Part shown: positions 39,103 through 49,570 of the stretch, in pieces | How positions within the stretch are numbered: the first letter of the stretch is position 1 | Layout of the letters: each line of letters starts with the position of its first letter | Assembly: GCA_964421635.1 (NCBI GenBank) | Contig: CAYQWZ010000006.1 | Coordinates: 165 to 64,164 of the forward strand | From: an uncultured Candidatus Saccharibacteria bacterium | Lineage (GTDB): Bacteria; Patescibacteriota; UBA1384; CAILIB01; JAUSJZ01 | DNA length: 64,000 nucleotides | Direction: 5' to 3' | The notes under the pieces: model-generated | Seen by the model: the letters and a program-made list of their open reading frames with translations, nothing else | Told to the model about the DNA's origin: nothing | Database searches by the model: none | Made by a program: the position numbers and the translations under genes

Positions 39103-39929
39103 ATCCTCGACAAGAAAGTAAAGTGTTAACAGGAACAGCGGCGGTAGTTATTATCTTTGCTTTTGCACTAGTGGCAGTAATTGGCATAATTGTATCAAAG
39201 TCGACTAGCTATCAAGGGGCAAAAGAAGTTTCAGCCGATGACGATTTAGCGGTTGAGGTAAAAGAAACAATTGATAAATCAGATTTCAAAATAGCTGATT
39301 TCGCTTTAATTGATACTTCAAAAGGTCGCATTATAGTTGAGCTTTATTCAGATAATGCACCAAAAACCGTAACTAATTTTGTGACGCTGGCTAACCGAGG
39401 ATACTACGACAATTTGATTTTTCATCGAGTAGTGAAAAATTTTGTAATTCAAGGTGGTGATCCTTTAGGTAATGGCAGTGGAGGAGAATCAATTTATGGA
39501 GAGCCTTTTGAAGATGAAATCAACGCTGAGAGCTTGGAGCTAACGGCAGAAATGATTGCTATGTACGAAGATCTATATAAATTCAAATATCGCACAGACA
39601 TCACTACAAAAAAGATTGAGAAAGGAACGCTGGCTATGGCTAATCAAGGAATTGCCAAAACGAATACTTCACAGTTCTTTATAGTGACAGGTGATATTGA
39701 TGGCATGTTAGACGGTAAACACACTCCTTTTGGCCGAGTAGTAGAAGGCTCAGATGTAGTGAATAGCATTAACGAACTTGAAGTTGATGGCCGCACCGAG
39801 AGACCAGTTGAGCTTATTACCATTAGTCGAATAATCACGGGTAATTCTATAGATGAGATAAAAAGTCTTGCCGACCCTGAACCACAAGATGAGCAAGAAG
39901 AGAGTAATGGTGAGCAAACAGATGAGTAA
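39099..39929 (+). CDS. Cyclophilin-type peptidyl-prolyl cis-trans isomerase with N-terminal TM
   Basis: FHRVVKNFVIQGGDPLGNGSGGESIYG. Confidence 0.85.
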   Translation: MNPRQESKVLTGTAAVVIIFAFALVAVIGIIVSKSTSYQGAKEVSADDDLAVEVKETIDKSDFKIADFALIDTSKGRIIVELYSDNAPKTVTNFVTLANRGYYDNLIFHRVVKNFVIQGGDPLGNGSGGESIYGEPFEDEINAESLELTAEMIAMYEDLYKFKYRTDITTKKIEKGTLAMANQGIAKTNTSQFFIVTGDIDGMLDGKHTPFGRVVEGSDVVNSINELEVDGRTERPVELITISRIITGNSIDEIKSLADPEPQDEQEESNGEQTDE

Positions 39930-41346
39930 AGATTATCAGATAAAAATTGGGCTAGAGACTCACATTGAATTGGATACAGAATCAAAGATGTTTTCAGGAG
40001 CCGAAAATAACCCTTTTAATGTTGAGGCTAATTCCAACCTGACCCCGGTTTGTATTGGTATGCCTGGCACCTTGCCCGTACCTAACATTGAAGCTATCAA
40101 AAAAACGGTAGCCTTTGGTTTGGCACTTAACTGTAAAATTCTGACTATCTCAAAGTTTGACCGCAAGCACTACTTTTACCCAGATTTGCCGAAAGGATAC
40201 CAGATTAGTCAGTTTGATCAGCCATTATGCGAGGGTGGCGAAGTAATTTTCGGTGAGCACAAAGTTGGCTTAACCAGAATTCATTTAGAGGAGGATGCAG
40301 GCAAGTTACTTCACTCCAAAGATGGCACTTCAAGAGTTGATCTAAATAGGGCCGGAGTTCCACTGATGGAGATAGTATCAGAGCCTGAAATCACATCGCC
40401 GGCTATGGCTCGCGAGTATTTAAAACAGATGCAGTTAATTGCTCGACATCTGAATGTCTCGCAAGCCGATATGGAGAAAGGGCAGCTACGCTGCGATGCC
40501 AATGTTAGTATTATTTTTGAAGACGGAGGTAAAAAAATTGCTAGCTATATTTCAGAAATCAAAAACCTTAACTCTTTTCGGGTAGTGGAGCGCGCTTTGA
40601 TTTACGAAGCGGAGCGAATTTACAAAGAATTAAAAACAGATAAAAGTACTCGCAAGCGAGATAAAAAAATGACAGTTGGTTGGGACAATAATAAACAACA
40701 GACATATTTACAACGAGATAAAGAAGGATCCGCTGACTATCGTTACTTCCCAGAGCCCGATATTCCACCTTTTAATCCTCACGAATTAGTAGATATTGAG
40801 AAGTTGAAGAAAGAGGTTAAAGCTAGTTTACCGTCTAACCAAGATAGTGAGATGCAAAAAATGGGGCTTCGAGTTGATCAAATTAAAGATATTTTATCGA
40901 GCAAATGGCGCGCTGAAATTTGGCAGAATTATATAGCTATTGATGCAAAAAGAGATAAAGACTTTCATTATAAAGTTGCCAACTTGCTAGTCAATGATGC
41001 AAAAACTGCTAACACAGCTGCTCAATTAGTTGAAGTTGTTGAGGTTATAAAAAAAGTTGAGCTATCGAGCGACAGTGTGGTAATACTTTTAAATGAATTA
41101 GCCAAAAATAGCGAGCTTGAAGTTGAAGAAATAATAGAGCAGAAAAAATTACGACAGCAAAGCGACGAAGGTGAACTAAAAAAAGTTATAATGAAGGTAA
41201 TTGAGACAAACCCAGAACCTGTCAAAGATTTTAAAGCAGGCAAGGAACAATCAATTAAATTCTTAGTCGGCCAAGTTATGAAAGCTACTAAAGGTCAGGC
41301 TAATCCAGAGGTGGCACAGAAATTATTAAGAGCACAGCTTAAATAA
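39922..41346 (+). CDS. gatB: Asp/Glu-tRNA amidotransferase subunit B
   Basis: MSKDYQIKIGLETHIEL start (ATGAGTAA overlap with the PPIase stop); GatB/YqeY C-terminal domain. Confidence 0.9.
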   Translation: MSKDYQIKIGLETHIELDTESKMFSGAENNPFNVEANSNLTPVCIGMPGTLPVPNIEAIKKTVAFGLALNCKILTISKFDRKHYFYPDLPKGYQISQFDQPLCEGGEVIFGEHKVGLTRIHLEEDAGKLLHSKDGTSRVDLNRAGVPLMEIVSEPEITSPAMAREYLKQMQLIARHLNVSQADMEKGQLRCDANVSIIFEDGGKKIASYISEIKNLNSFRVVERALIYEAERIYKELKTDKSTRKRDKKMTVGWDNNKQQTYLQRDKEGSADYRYFPEPDIPPFNPHELVDIEKLKKEVKASLPSNQDSEMQKMGLRVDQIKDILSSKWRAEIWQNYIAIDAKRDKDFHYKVANLLVNDAKTANTAAQLVEVVEVIKKVELSSDSVVILLNELAKNSELEVEEIIEQKKLRQQSDEGELKKVIMKVIETNPEPVKDFKAGKEQSIKFLVGQVMKATKGQANPEVAQKLLRAQLK

Positions 41347-41351
41347 AAAAA

Positions 41352-41885
41352 ATGGATTATCTAAAGGGGGTAATAAGCGTCATTCCAAAACTGCCAGAAA
41401 TAGTGTTCTTACTATTAATTGGCCTTTTTGGCATTCCTATTTTACTGTGGATTTTCAATAAAACGATGCGCCGACTGAAGATGTCGATGGCAGTTATTGG
41501 AGTCACTGGTCAAATTATTCGCTACATTATGTGGTTGCTAATTTTAATGGCTATACTTTATCAAGCTGGCTTCACTGGTTTAGCAGCTACAGTTTCTGGT
41601 GGTGTGGTGTTGACGGGAGTGGTTTTGTCTCAAGCGTTTAAGAATTTAGTGCAAGATATCGTTTCAGGATTAGCCTTAGCTCGTGACAATGATTTTGAAG
41701 TAGGCTATAAGGTAGAGATTAGTGGTAAATTTAAAGGAGTGGTAAGAAAGATAGGGCTGCGCAAAGTTCGCCTTATTGATGAGCAAGGATACTCGCTGAT
41801 AATTCCCAACAGTACTGTAGAAGAGAATGAATGGCGAGTGCTAGACAGAGAAACAAAATTAAAAACAACTAAGAGAAAGACATGA
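41352..41885 (+). CDS. Small-conductance mechanosensitive channel (MscS-like, short form)
   Basis: GLALARDNDFEVGYKVEISGKFKGVVRKIGLRKVRLIDEQGYSLIIPNS matches the conserved MscS beta-domain. Confidence 0.6.
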   Translation: MDYLKGVISVIPKLPEIVFLLLIGLFGIPILLWIFNKTMRRLKMSMAVIGVTGQIIRYIMWLLILMAILYQAGFTGLAATVSGGVVLTGVVLSQAFKNLVQDIVSGLALARDNDFEVGYKVEISGKFKGVVRKIGLRKVRLIDEQGYSLIIPNSTVEENEWRVLDRETKLKTTKRKT

Positions 41886-42157
41886 ATGATGTAATTAGAC
41901 TAACAATTTTAGAGGTATTATATTTAGTGCTAATTGTTTCAGTCTCAACCCTAACTATTTATATTGTTGTTACCCTAGCGAAAGCTAACGATGTTTTACG
42001 AAATTTGAAGAGAGTTAGTCAGGTGGCAGCTGGAATGGCTGAGGGTGTAGATGAAGTTAAAGCAAAAGCGGTTAGCACTATTAATGCAGCTGCAGATAGC
42101 TTAATTGAAAGATGGGGTGACAAGAAAGGGAAAAAGGTTGACGTAGACGAAGAATAA
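41882..42157 (+). CDS. Small membrane protein, hypothetical
   Basis: 91 aa, one TM, charged C-terminus. Confidence 0.35.
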   Translation: MNDVIRLTILEVLYLVLIVSVSTLTIYIVVTLAKANDVLRNLKRVSQVAAGMAEGVDEVKAKAVSTINAAADSLIERWGDKKGKKVDVDEE

Positions 42158-42173
42158 GAATTACTATTGGAAT

Positions 42174-43370
42174 ATGCCAACATTGACTAATTTGCTTGGG
42201 GACAAGAATAATCGACGAGGGCGGGTCAAAACCATTGGCTTTGCTGTTTTTATGTCAGCTATCATTTTGGTAATTGGAATGCTGGGTGGCGTTTGGGGCT
42301 TTTTAATTTTGTCCAACACTGAGAACGATTCTATTCAAAACTTTCGTCGAAGCATTGGGTTAGCAGATAATCCTACTATTCCTTCAATTCAGGCCATTCA
42401 TATTGACGAGTCTTCGGGTATTATTGATGCCGTTGAGAAGATCAGCCCATCTGTGGTTTCGGTAGCCACTACCATTAAATTCCAAGATTTCTTCGGTTTT
42501 GTTGGTGAAAATGAAGGTGGTGGTTCAGGAATAATTTTTAGTTCAGATGGCTATATTTTGACCAACAAGCATGTAGTAGAAGGATTCGATGAGGTGTCTG
42601 TAATTTTAAACAACGGAGAAGAATATGAGGCTACCGTGGTGTCGCTTGACCCTTTGAGTGATCTAGCGGTTTTGAAGATTGAAGCTAAAGATTTGCCCGT
42701 AGTTGAGCTTGGTAATTCAGACGAGTTAAAGATTGGCCAAAGAGTAATTGCGGTTGGTAATGCTTTTGGAGAGTTTAAAAATACTGTGACTGCTGGTGTT
42801 GTTTCGGCCAAAGATAGAACTTTATCGTCTGAATTGACTGGTAGTGATCAGCTGACTCGTTTAATTCAAACAGACGCCGCTATTAATCCTGGCAATTCAG
42901 GTGGTCCGCTAGTAGATTTAAGTGGGCGAGTAGTTGGTATTAATACCGTTATTGCCACAACTTCCGGTTCAAGTTCAGGTGTCGGTTTTTCAATCCCTGT
43001 CAATTCATTCAAGAGTGTAGTTGAGAGCGTTAAAGAGTACGGAAAAATTATTCGTCCAGTTTTGGGTATTCGCTACATTACAATTAGCAAAGCTTTGGCT
43101 GAGCGAAATAGTTTGGCAGTTCAGTACGGTGCCTTAATCTCTCATGGTGAAACTGCAGCTGCGGTAGCTGTAGCACCGGGCTCTCCAGCCGCTAAGGCCG
43201 GCCTAAAAGAAGGAGACATTATTCTATCAATTAACGGTGAAAATATTACTATAGATAATCAGTTGTCACCAATTATTGCTCAGTATCAGGTGGGAGACAG
43301 CGTGGAGTTAGAAGTTTTTAAAAACGGAAAGAGAGATAAAATTAAAGTTACTCTGGAAGAACTAAAATAG
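42174..43370 (+). CDS. htrA: HtrA/DegP-family serine protease with PDZ domain
   Basis: Trypsin-like TNKHVV, D, GNSGGPLVD catalytic triad context; C-terminal PDZ. Confidence 0.85.
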   Translation: MPTLTNLLGDKNNRRGRVKTIGFAVFMSAIILVIGMLGGVWGFLILSNTENDSIQNFRRSIGLADNPTIPSIQAIHIDESSGIIDAVEKISPSVVSVATTIKFQDFFGFVGENEGGGSGIIFSSDGYILTNKHVVEGFDEVSVILNNGEEYEATVVSLDPLSDLAVLKIEAKDLPVVELGNSDELKIGQRVIAVGNAFGEFKNTVTAGVVSAKDRTLSSELTGSDQLTRLIQTDAAINPGNSGGPLVDLSGRVVGINTVIATTSGSSSGVGFSIPVNSFKSVVESVKEYGKIIRPVLGIRYITISKALAERNSLAVQYGALISHGETAAAVAVAPGSPAAKAGLKEGDIILSINGENITIDNQLSPIIAQYQVGDSVELEVFKNGKRDKIKVTLEELK

Positions 43371-43424
43371 TTTGGTTACCCCAATTGTTTTGATATACTA
43401 ATAAGGGCTCTGAAATAGAGCATT

Positions 43425-43447
43425 CCCTAAAACAGTTAGGGTTTTTT
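43425..43447 (+). terminator. Rho-independent terminator
   Basis: ccctaa-aacag-ttaggg followed by tttttt. Confidence 0.65.
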
Positions 43448-43453
43448 ATATAA

Positions 43454-45199
43454 ATGCCAAAAAATAAAAAGTTAAATACAAAATATATTTTTGTTACGGG
43501 GGGTGTCCTTTCTGGCCTAGGAAAAGGCATCACCGCTGCTTCTATTGGTAATATCCTCTCTCGTCGAGGATTTTCTGTTTTTATGCAGAAGTTTGACCAA
43601 TACTTGAATGTTGATGCTGGCACGCTAAACCCAAATGAACATGGTGAGGTTTTCGTTACAGATGACGGTGCCGAAGCAGATTTAGATTTAGGTCACTACG
43701 AGCGTTTTATAGATGTCAATATGACAAAAGAGAGTTCTGTAATGAGTGGTCAAATTTACGAGACAGTTCTAGAGAACGAACGCCGAGGAGACTATTTGGG
43801 CAAAACTATCCAATTCATTCCGCATGTGGTGCCTGAGGTGAAAAAACATATTACCAATGCTGCTTTGAAAATTCAACCAGATGTACTAATTACTGAAATT
43901 GGAGGGACAGTTGGTGATTACGAAGGATTACACTTTGTCGAAGCCATCCGTCAGTTTCAGATGGATGTCGGCAAAGAGAATGTTTTGTATGTTCATGTTG
44001 GTTTTTTACCGTATCTTCGGGTGACCGAAGAAGTTAAAACGAAGCCGTTACAAAACTCTATAAATGACTTACGCAAGTTTGGTATTCAGCCAGACATTGT
44101 GGTGGCTCGCTGTGATTATGATGTGCCGCCATCGGCCTTAAGAAAAATTGCCTTGTTTGGTGGACTAAAAGAGCAGGCAGTGGTTCCTTTAACTACAGTT
44201 AAAAGTGTGTATGCTGTGCCTTTAATGTTAGAAGAATACGGAGTGGACAAGTTAGTCATTTCTGAGCTATCGTTGCCTAATAAACGGCTGAAGAATGGTG
44301 GTTGGAAAAAACTAGTTAATACAATATTTGATGTTGAAGAGCTTGAAGATAAATATAGTGTAACGGTGGCATTAGTAGGCAAGTATATGGAGATGAAAGA
44401 CACCTATATCTCTATCACAGAAGCTATTAAGGCAGCTTCTTGGAGTGAAAAAGTAAAGGTTAATCAGATATGGATTGAAGCAGAAGATTTAGAGAAGCTA
44501 GGACCCAGAAAGATGAATCAAATTTTTCGTAATGTTGACGCGGTGGTAGTGCCAGGCGGTTTTGGCACGCGCGGAGTTGAAGGAATTATTTTAGCGGCTA
44601 ATTACGCGCGGCGAAAGAAAATTCCATATTTAGGTTTATGTTACGGTTTACAATTAGGAATAATATCTTTTGCACGAAGTGTATGTAAACTTAAAGATTC
44701 ACACACAACAGAAGTTAAGAAAAAGTGTGAACATAAAGTAATAGATATATTACCAGATCAAGATTTAAAAAAGTTGGGCGGCACTATGCGGCTTGGCTCT
44801 TATCCGGCGTATTTACGACAAGACAGCCAAATTGCGAAGCTTTATAGTGAGCTAAGACCAAATGAAGTAAAACAAGTTAGCAAAAAGAATAAGAAAGAGT
44901 ACGGATGGCCAGATGGTGAAGATCTAATTGAAATTTCAGAACGGCATCGACATCGCTATGAAGTTAATCCTCATTATCATAATCGCTTGAGTATTAAGGG
45001 AATGAATTTTGTTGGCAAATCGCCTGACGGCACACTAGTTGAGTTTTTTGAATTAAATAAAAAAATGCACCCATATTATGTGGGTACCCAAGCTCATCCT
45101 GAGTTACGCTCGCGCCCTAATAGACCGCATCCTTTATTTGTCGGATTAGTAAGAGCGGCAATTGCCAAGGCTAATGTAAAAAGTCCTCTAAAGAGATAA
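43454..45199 (+). CDS. pyrG: CTP synthase
   Basis: N-terminal synthetase domain (FVTGGVLSGLGKGI), C-terminal glutamine amidotransferase (GLCYGLQ). Confidence 0.9.
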   Translation: MPKNKKLNTKYIFVTGGVLSGLGKGITAASIGNILSRRGFSVFMQKFDQYLNVDAGTLNPNEHGEVFVTDDGAEADLDLGHYERFIDVNMTKESSVMSGQIYETVLENERRGDYLGKTIQFIPHVVPEVKKHITNAALKIQPDVLITEIGGTVGDYEGLHFVEAIRQFQMDVGKENVLYVHVGFLPYLRVTEEVKTKPLQNSINDLRKFGIQPDIVVARCDYDVPPSALRKIALFGGLKEQAVVPLTTVKSVYAVPLMLEEYGVDKLVISELSLPNKRLKNGGWKKLVNTIFDVEELEDKYSVTVALVGKYMEMKDTYISITEAIKAASWSEKVKVNQIWIEAEDLEKLGPRKMNQIFRNVDAVVVPGGFGTRGVEGIILAANYARRKKIPYLGLCYGLQLGIISFARSVCKLKDSHTTEVKKKCEHKVIDILPDQDLKKLGGTMRLGSYPAYLRQDSQIAKLYSELRPNEVKQVSKKNKKEYGWPDGEDLIEISERHRHRYEVNPHYHNRLSIKGMNFVGKSPDGTLVEFFELNKKMHPYYVGTQAHPELRSRPNRPHPLFVGLVRAAIAKANVKSPLKR

Positions 45200-46046
45200 G
45201 TAGATATCTGTTTTTACCAGAAAAATCTTGGTATGAAAATGTATGAACTTTAGGATTGAGTTTTTTAGCTAAGCTAGTTAGCGTTTCGGCTTGGTTGTCG
45301 CCGTGTTCAAGTAGTACCTTTGGGGCTGGCGCTTCGTGAATGAATTGAGCAATAAACTCTTCAATAATTTCTGTTCCTTTCTCTCCACCTAGCAGAGCGG
45401 TGGAAGGTTCCTGTTGCAGTTCAACGCTTTGATCAGATTTTGTCAGCCACTCTCGTTCCACATAGGGCAGGTTAGCCACAATTAGGTCAAACTTTTCCGT
45501 TTCGCCTTCAAGTAAATTCTGTTCTTTAAATTTTATGCGATTATCGACATCGTGTTTTGAGGCGTTTTTTTTGGCAATAATCAAAGCATCAGCTGAGATA
45601 TCGGTGGCAGTAATTTGGCTGTCGGAAAGTTCGAGTGCTAGGGTAATAGCAATTACGCCCGAGCCCGTACCGACATCTAAAATTTTTGGCTGCTTAATAT
45701 TTTTAACAATTGTTTTGGCGTGATTTATTAATCCTTCTGTTTCGGGACGAGGAATTAAGGTGTTAGAAGTAACAATAAAAGGGCGGCCAAAAAATTCTTT
45801 CTGACCTTCTAAGTAGGCGAAGGGCTCACCGTTCTTGCGGCGCTCAATTAAATTAGTGACAGATTTAATTTGCCACGGTGTCAGCAGGCGGTTAGGATTA
45901 GCCAAAATATCTAGTCGATCTTTGTTTAGGCTTAAAGCTAAAATCAGTTCAGCCTCAAATTTAGGATTAGAAACATGAGCCAGATTTGACTCAATAAACT
46001 TGAGCGTATTATTTACTGTCGGTTGATTCTCCTCCACCTTTGGCAA
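45171..46046 (-). CDS. prmC: Release-factor glutamine N5-methyltransferase PrmC (HemK)
   Basis: [13 protein letters not shown] motif, IVANLPYV (NPPY); overlaps prfA 3' end. Confidence 0.85.
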   Translation of the reverse strand: MPKVEENQPTVNNTLKFIESNLAHVSNPKFEAELILALSLNKDRLDILANPNRLLTPWQIKSVTNLIERRKNGEPFAYLEGQKEFFGRPFIVTSNTLIPRPETEGLINHAKTIVKNIKQPKILDVGTGSGVIAITLALELSDSQITATDISADALIIAKKNASKHDVDNRIKFKEQNLLEGETEKFDLIVANLPYVEREWLTKSDQSVELQQEPSTALLGGEKGTEIIEEFIAQFIHEAPAPKVLLEHGDNQAETLTSLAKKLNPKVHTFSYQDFSGKNRYLLISLEDFLH

Positions 46047-47085
46047 AATTCTTTAAAGCTTTAGTTATCTCTTCAATGTTCCCGTCTAAAATATCTTTTA
46101 AGTTATTCCAGCTCTTTTTTATTCTATGGTCTGTGACTCTGTCTTGGGGGAAGTTGTAGGTACGAATTTTTTCTGAGCGATCGCCTGTTTTTATCATCTC
46201 TTTGCGGGCGGATCCTTCTGCTTCGTGCCGTTTTTCATCTTCATTGGCTTTAATGCGGCTGGCTAAAATTTTCATCGCCTTATCTTTATTTTTGTGTTGG
46301 CTTTTTTCATCTTGCATAACTACTACTGTACCCGTAGGAATATGAGTGATGCGGACGGCTGAGTCGGTAGTGTTGACGCTCTGGCCGCCGGGGCCACTGG
46401 AGCGAAAGACATCAATTTTTAAATCGTTGTTATTTATTTCAACTTCTTTTACATCTGTCTCAGGGAAGACAGCCACAGATGCAGCAGAGGTGTGTATGCG
46501 CCCTTGTTTCTCTGTTTCGGGTACTCGTTGTACTCGGTGTACGCCCGACTCAAATTTAAAGATTCCATAGGCTCCTTTAGCTTTAACGGTAAAGATAGCA
46601 TCTTTAATGCCGCCCAAGTCTGAGCGAGAGATATTGCCTGTCTCTACGAACCACTCTTTTCTTTCAGCGAATCTAGAATACATGCGTACCAAATCAGCGG
46701 CGAAAAGTTCTGCTTCGCCACCACCTGTGCCGGCCCGAACTTCAATAATGGCGTTTTTTGTGTCATTGGGGTCAGAAGGATTCAAAATTTCTTCTAAATC
46801 ATCATTCAGTTTCTGAAAACTCTTTTCTGCTTTTTGCATCTCTTCCGCAGCCATATCTCTCATCTGTTCATCTTCAGAGTCGAGCAGCTCCTTTGATTCA
46901 CTAATCTTCTTTTGCCAAGAGATAGCTTGCACTAACTTCTCTTTTAGCGATTGCAACTCACTATTTTTTTGTCCTAACTCTTTAAGCTTATCTGGGTTAG
47001 AAGTATTTTCAGATAACTGTAAATCAGCCGCTATTTGTGCGACCTCCGCTTCGACATTCCCGAGTTCTTTATTAAAATCAATCAC
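46009..47085 (-). CDS. prfA: Peptide chain release factor 1
   Basis: [20 protein letters not shown] (GGQ) and PVT-type tripeptide region. Confidence 0.9.
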   Translation of the reverse strand: MIDFNKELGNVEAEVAQIAADLQLSENTSNPDKLKELGQKNSELQSLKEKLVQAISWQKKISESKELLDSEDEQMRDMAAEEMQKAEKSFQKLNDDLEEILNPSDPNDTKNAIIEVRAGTGGGEAELFAADLVRMYSRFAERKEWFVETGNISRSDLGGIKDAIFTVKAKGAYGIFKFESGVHRVQRVPETEKQGRIHTSAASVAVFPETDVKEVEINNNDLKIDVFRSSGPGGQSVNTTDSAVRITHIPTGTVVVMQDEKSQHKNKDKAMKILASRIKANEDEKRHEAEGSARKEMIKTGDRSEKIRTYNFPQDRVTDHRIKKSWNNLKDILDGNIEEITKALKNFAKGGGESTDSK

Positions 47086-47121
47086 AACTAAACCGTAGCA
47101 AGAATAACAGTTAGCTTCTAG

Positions 47122-47421
47122 TTAATTATCTTTTTGACCGAGTTTCTGAGCTTTTGGCTGCTCTTTTTTGGTATCCTTTTCTTCTTTCTTTTCGGCTGGT
47201 TTTCCCTGCCTCATTTGTTCAGTTTTAGCTTGGCGTTCTTTGAATTTATCGACGCGGCCAGCGGTGTCAATTAAGTTCTGTTTACCCGTATAAAAAGGAT
47301 GACATTGGCTGCATACTTCAAGTTCAATATTTTTATCTAAGGTTGATTCAATATCAAAGCTAGCGCCGCAGGCACACTTAGCTTTAATGATTTGAGTTTT
47401 AGGATGAATTCCTTCTTTCAT
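47122..47421 (-). CDS. rpmE: 50S ribosomal protein L31 (with extended K/E-rich tail)
   Basis: MKEGIHPK...CACG...CSQCHPFYTGKQ zinc-ribbon L31 signature. Confidence 0.85.
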   Translation of the reverse strand: MKEGIHPKTQIIKAKCACGASFDIESTLDKNIELEVCSQCHPFYTGKQNLIDTAGRVDKFKERQAKTEQMRQGKPAEKKEEKDTKKEQPKAQKLGQKDN

Positions 47422-47574
47422 TACTGAAATAACTTACCATAATGCTTGCTTTTAGTCAAAGGTTTTGCTAAATTACTTTAGTAACAAGTAAATAAACACG
47501 CGCCGACAAAACCTCCTGCCCAATAAGTCTTGCGAGATTTATTGAGGGTTTGAGCGCGGAAGACCAAGGAGCAT

Positions 47575-48324
47575 ATGAGTAAAAAAACCAATATTTCAAT
47601 TGAAGATTTAATGAATGCTGGATGTCATTTTGGACACACAAAAGCACGCTGGCAGCCAAAGATGAAACCTTTCATTTATTTGACTAGAGAGCGAGTGCAA
47701 ATTTTAAATTTAGAAAAAACCAAGGAAAAGCTAGATAGCCTATTACAAGTGGTTGAAGATTTTGTAGCTGAGGGTAAAACCTTAGTTTTGGTTGGTACAA
47801 AAAGACAGGCCCAAGATATTGTTGAGGCCATTGGTAAAAAAACGGGAATGCCTTATGTTGTTAAGCGCTGGTTGGGTGGTACTATGACCAACTTTGAAAC
47901 TATGAAAAATAGCATCAAGAAGATGAACGAAACAGAAAAGTTTCTAGATTCAGACGATGCGCAAAAAATTACTAAGCGCGAGCGCTTAACCATGCATCGC
48001 GAATTAGTGCGCATGAACGATAAATTTGGAGGATTAAAAGATATCAGAGAAATACCCCAAGGTCTATTTTTAATTGATCCTTCTTACGAAAAGAATGCTT
48101 TGAAAGAAGCTCGTCAAATGGGAATAAAAGTTTTCGCTTTGCTAGATACAAACTCTAATCCTAATTCAGTTGATGAATTTGTACCAGCCAATGACGACGC
48201 AGCTAAAAGTATAATGATTATAATGAACGAAATTCAAGGAGCTATTGAACGAGGGAAGAAAAGAGCTGCAGTTCGTAGCAATGTAGTCAAGCCAGAAAAA
48301 AAAGAAACTAAGTCAAAAAAATGA
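47575..48324 (+). CDS. rpsB: 30S ribosomal protein S2
   Basis: AAGGAG SD; MLNAGCHFGHTKARWQPKM-like start, VLFVGTKRQAQ. Confidence 0.9.
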   Translation: MSKKTNISIEDLMNAGCHFGHTKARWQPKMKPFIYLTRERVQILNLEKTKEKLDSLLQVVEDFVAEGKTLVLVGTKRQAQDIVEAIGKKTGMPYVVKRWLGGTMTNFETMKNSIKKMNETEKFLDSDDAQKITKRERLTMHRELVRMNDKFGGLKDIREIPQGLFLIDPSYEKNALKEARQMGIKVFALLDTNSNPNSVDEFVPANDDAAKSIMIIMNEIQGAIERGKKRAAVRSNVVKPEKKETKSKK

Positions 48325-48773
48325 ATAAAGACTTGTTAATCGAAATTAGAAAAGAGACGGGTCACTCAGTGATGGAAATTAAGAAAGCCTTGGAAGAGAC
48401 CAAGGGTGACAAGGCCAAAGCATTAGAAATTTTAAAGAAGCGCGGGGCTGAGGTGATGGCCAAGAAAGAAGATCGAGAAGTTAAAGGCGGCTACATTGAC
48501 GCTTACTCTCACAATGGCCAAGTGGCTGTATTAGTTGAGGTGCAATGCGAAACTGACTTTGTAGCTAAAAATCCTGATTTTCAAGCTTTCGTGCACGATA
48601 TCGCTTTGCAGGTTTCTTCAATGAATCCTAAAAATATTAAAGAGTTATTGGCTCAACCATTTGTTAAAGATGACAAACAGACAATTGAACAGTTACTTGG
48701 TGAGATGACGGCCAAAATTGGAGAGAAGCTAGTTATTTCAAGATTTGAACGAATGCAAATTGGGGAGAAGTAG
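48321..48773 (+). CDS. tsf: Elongation factor Ts (short, ~150 aa)
   Basis: N-terminal UBA-like LIEIRKETGHSVMEIKKALEE; rpsB-tsf synteny. Confidence 0.8.
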   Translation: MNKDLLIEIRKETGHSVMEIKKALEETKGDKAKALEILKKRGAEVMAKKEDREVKGGYIDAYSHNGQVAVLVEVQCETDFVAKNPDFQAFVHDIALQVSSMNPKNIKELLAQPFVKDDKQTIEQLLGEMTAKIGEKLVISRFERMQIGEK

Positions 48774-48863
48774 CCAGCTAATAACACCTATTCCAGGTTA
48801 GTTATTACATATGACATACTGTTAAAGTTGTGTTAATGCAACATTTGATACATTATTAAAGTA

Positions 48864-49229
48864 ATGAAGAATACAAAAAGAAAAGGCATATTAAGGTTTT
48901 TTACATATTACGATTCAAAAGATAGAGAATATGTAGGTTTTTGTATTGAACTTGGAATAATAAAAACTGGCAAAGATCTAAACGAGGTTAAGAAAGATCT
49001 TATTAATGCATCTATTGGTTATGTAGGGGTAGTAAAAAAAGAAAAAATGCCAGATAAGTTACTGAATCAAAAACCACCAAGTCAGTATATGGATCTATTC
49101 AATAAATATCAGTTAGTTATGAACTCTGATAGAAGGATTCGTCAAGGGACTAATCTAAGGGATTCTATTAGTGCAGATAGAGTTGATACTTTTGTGAGAG
49201 ATCTTGGTTCGTTATGCCCCGCAATCTAA
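48864..49229 (+). CDS. hicB: HicB-like antitoxin (UPF0150 fold), putative
   Basis: YVGFCIELGIIKTGKDLNEVKKDLINASIGYV resembles the HicB N-domain; AT-rich; precedes the HicA-like ORF with 16-nt overlap. Confidence 0.45.
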   Translation: MKNTKRKGILRFFTYYDSKDREYVGFCIELGIIKTGKDLNEVKKDLINASIGYVGVVKKEKMPDKLLNQKPPSQYMDLFNKYQLVMNSDRRIRQGTNLRDSISADRVDTFVRDLGSLCPAI

Positions 49230-49513
49230 GAAACTGGAACTATAATGATATTGTTGCTTTTTTAAAGCAACATTTTTTCGTGGAGATATATTCAAATGCA
49301 GGTTCCCATCAATATTTTAAAGGCTATGTAGATCAAGTAAAAAAATTAGTTGAAGTGCAAAAACATGGAAGTAAATCCATTAGTATCAAAAGTCTTCAGC
49401 ATGACATCATTCCCAAATCTGGAATACCCGAAAGTATTTGGAAGAAATGGGCAAATGCAGGGAATAAAAAAACAAGAAAAAAGATTCAATATTTAGGTGC
49501 TATGTCTGAATAA
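49214..49513 (+). CDS. hicA: HicA-like (YcfA family) mRNA interferase toxin, putative
   Basis: YNDIVAFLKQHFF...NAGSHQYFKGY...LVEVQKHGSKSISIKSLQHDIIPKSGIPESIWKKW matches the HicA pattern (GSH..F, K..L..il). Confidence 0.5.
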   Translation: MPRNLRNWNYNDIVAFLKQHFFVEIYSNAGSHQYFKGYVDQVKKLVEVQKHGSKSISIKSLQHDIIPKSGIPESIWKKWANAGNKKTRKKIQYLGAMSE

Positions 49514-49570
49514 TTGATGTGGTTTTTTGTTGCCAATCTGGTTATACTATAAAAAAGTAAAAACGAATTT

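Noticed and set aside
46346-46816. Plus-strand ORFs inside prfA (46346..46570, 46607..46816) and minus ORFs inside other housekeeping genes (for example 18873..19247, 34670..34933, 38238..38507, 44116..44403, 57531..58450)
   Set aside because: They lie antisense within well-supported conserved genes and have no independent signals.
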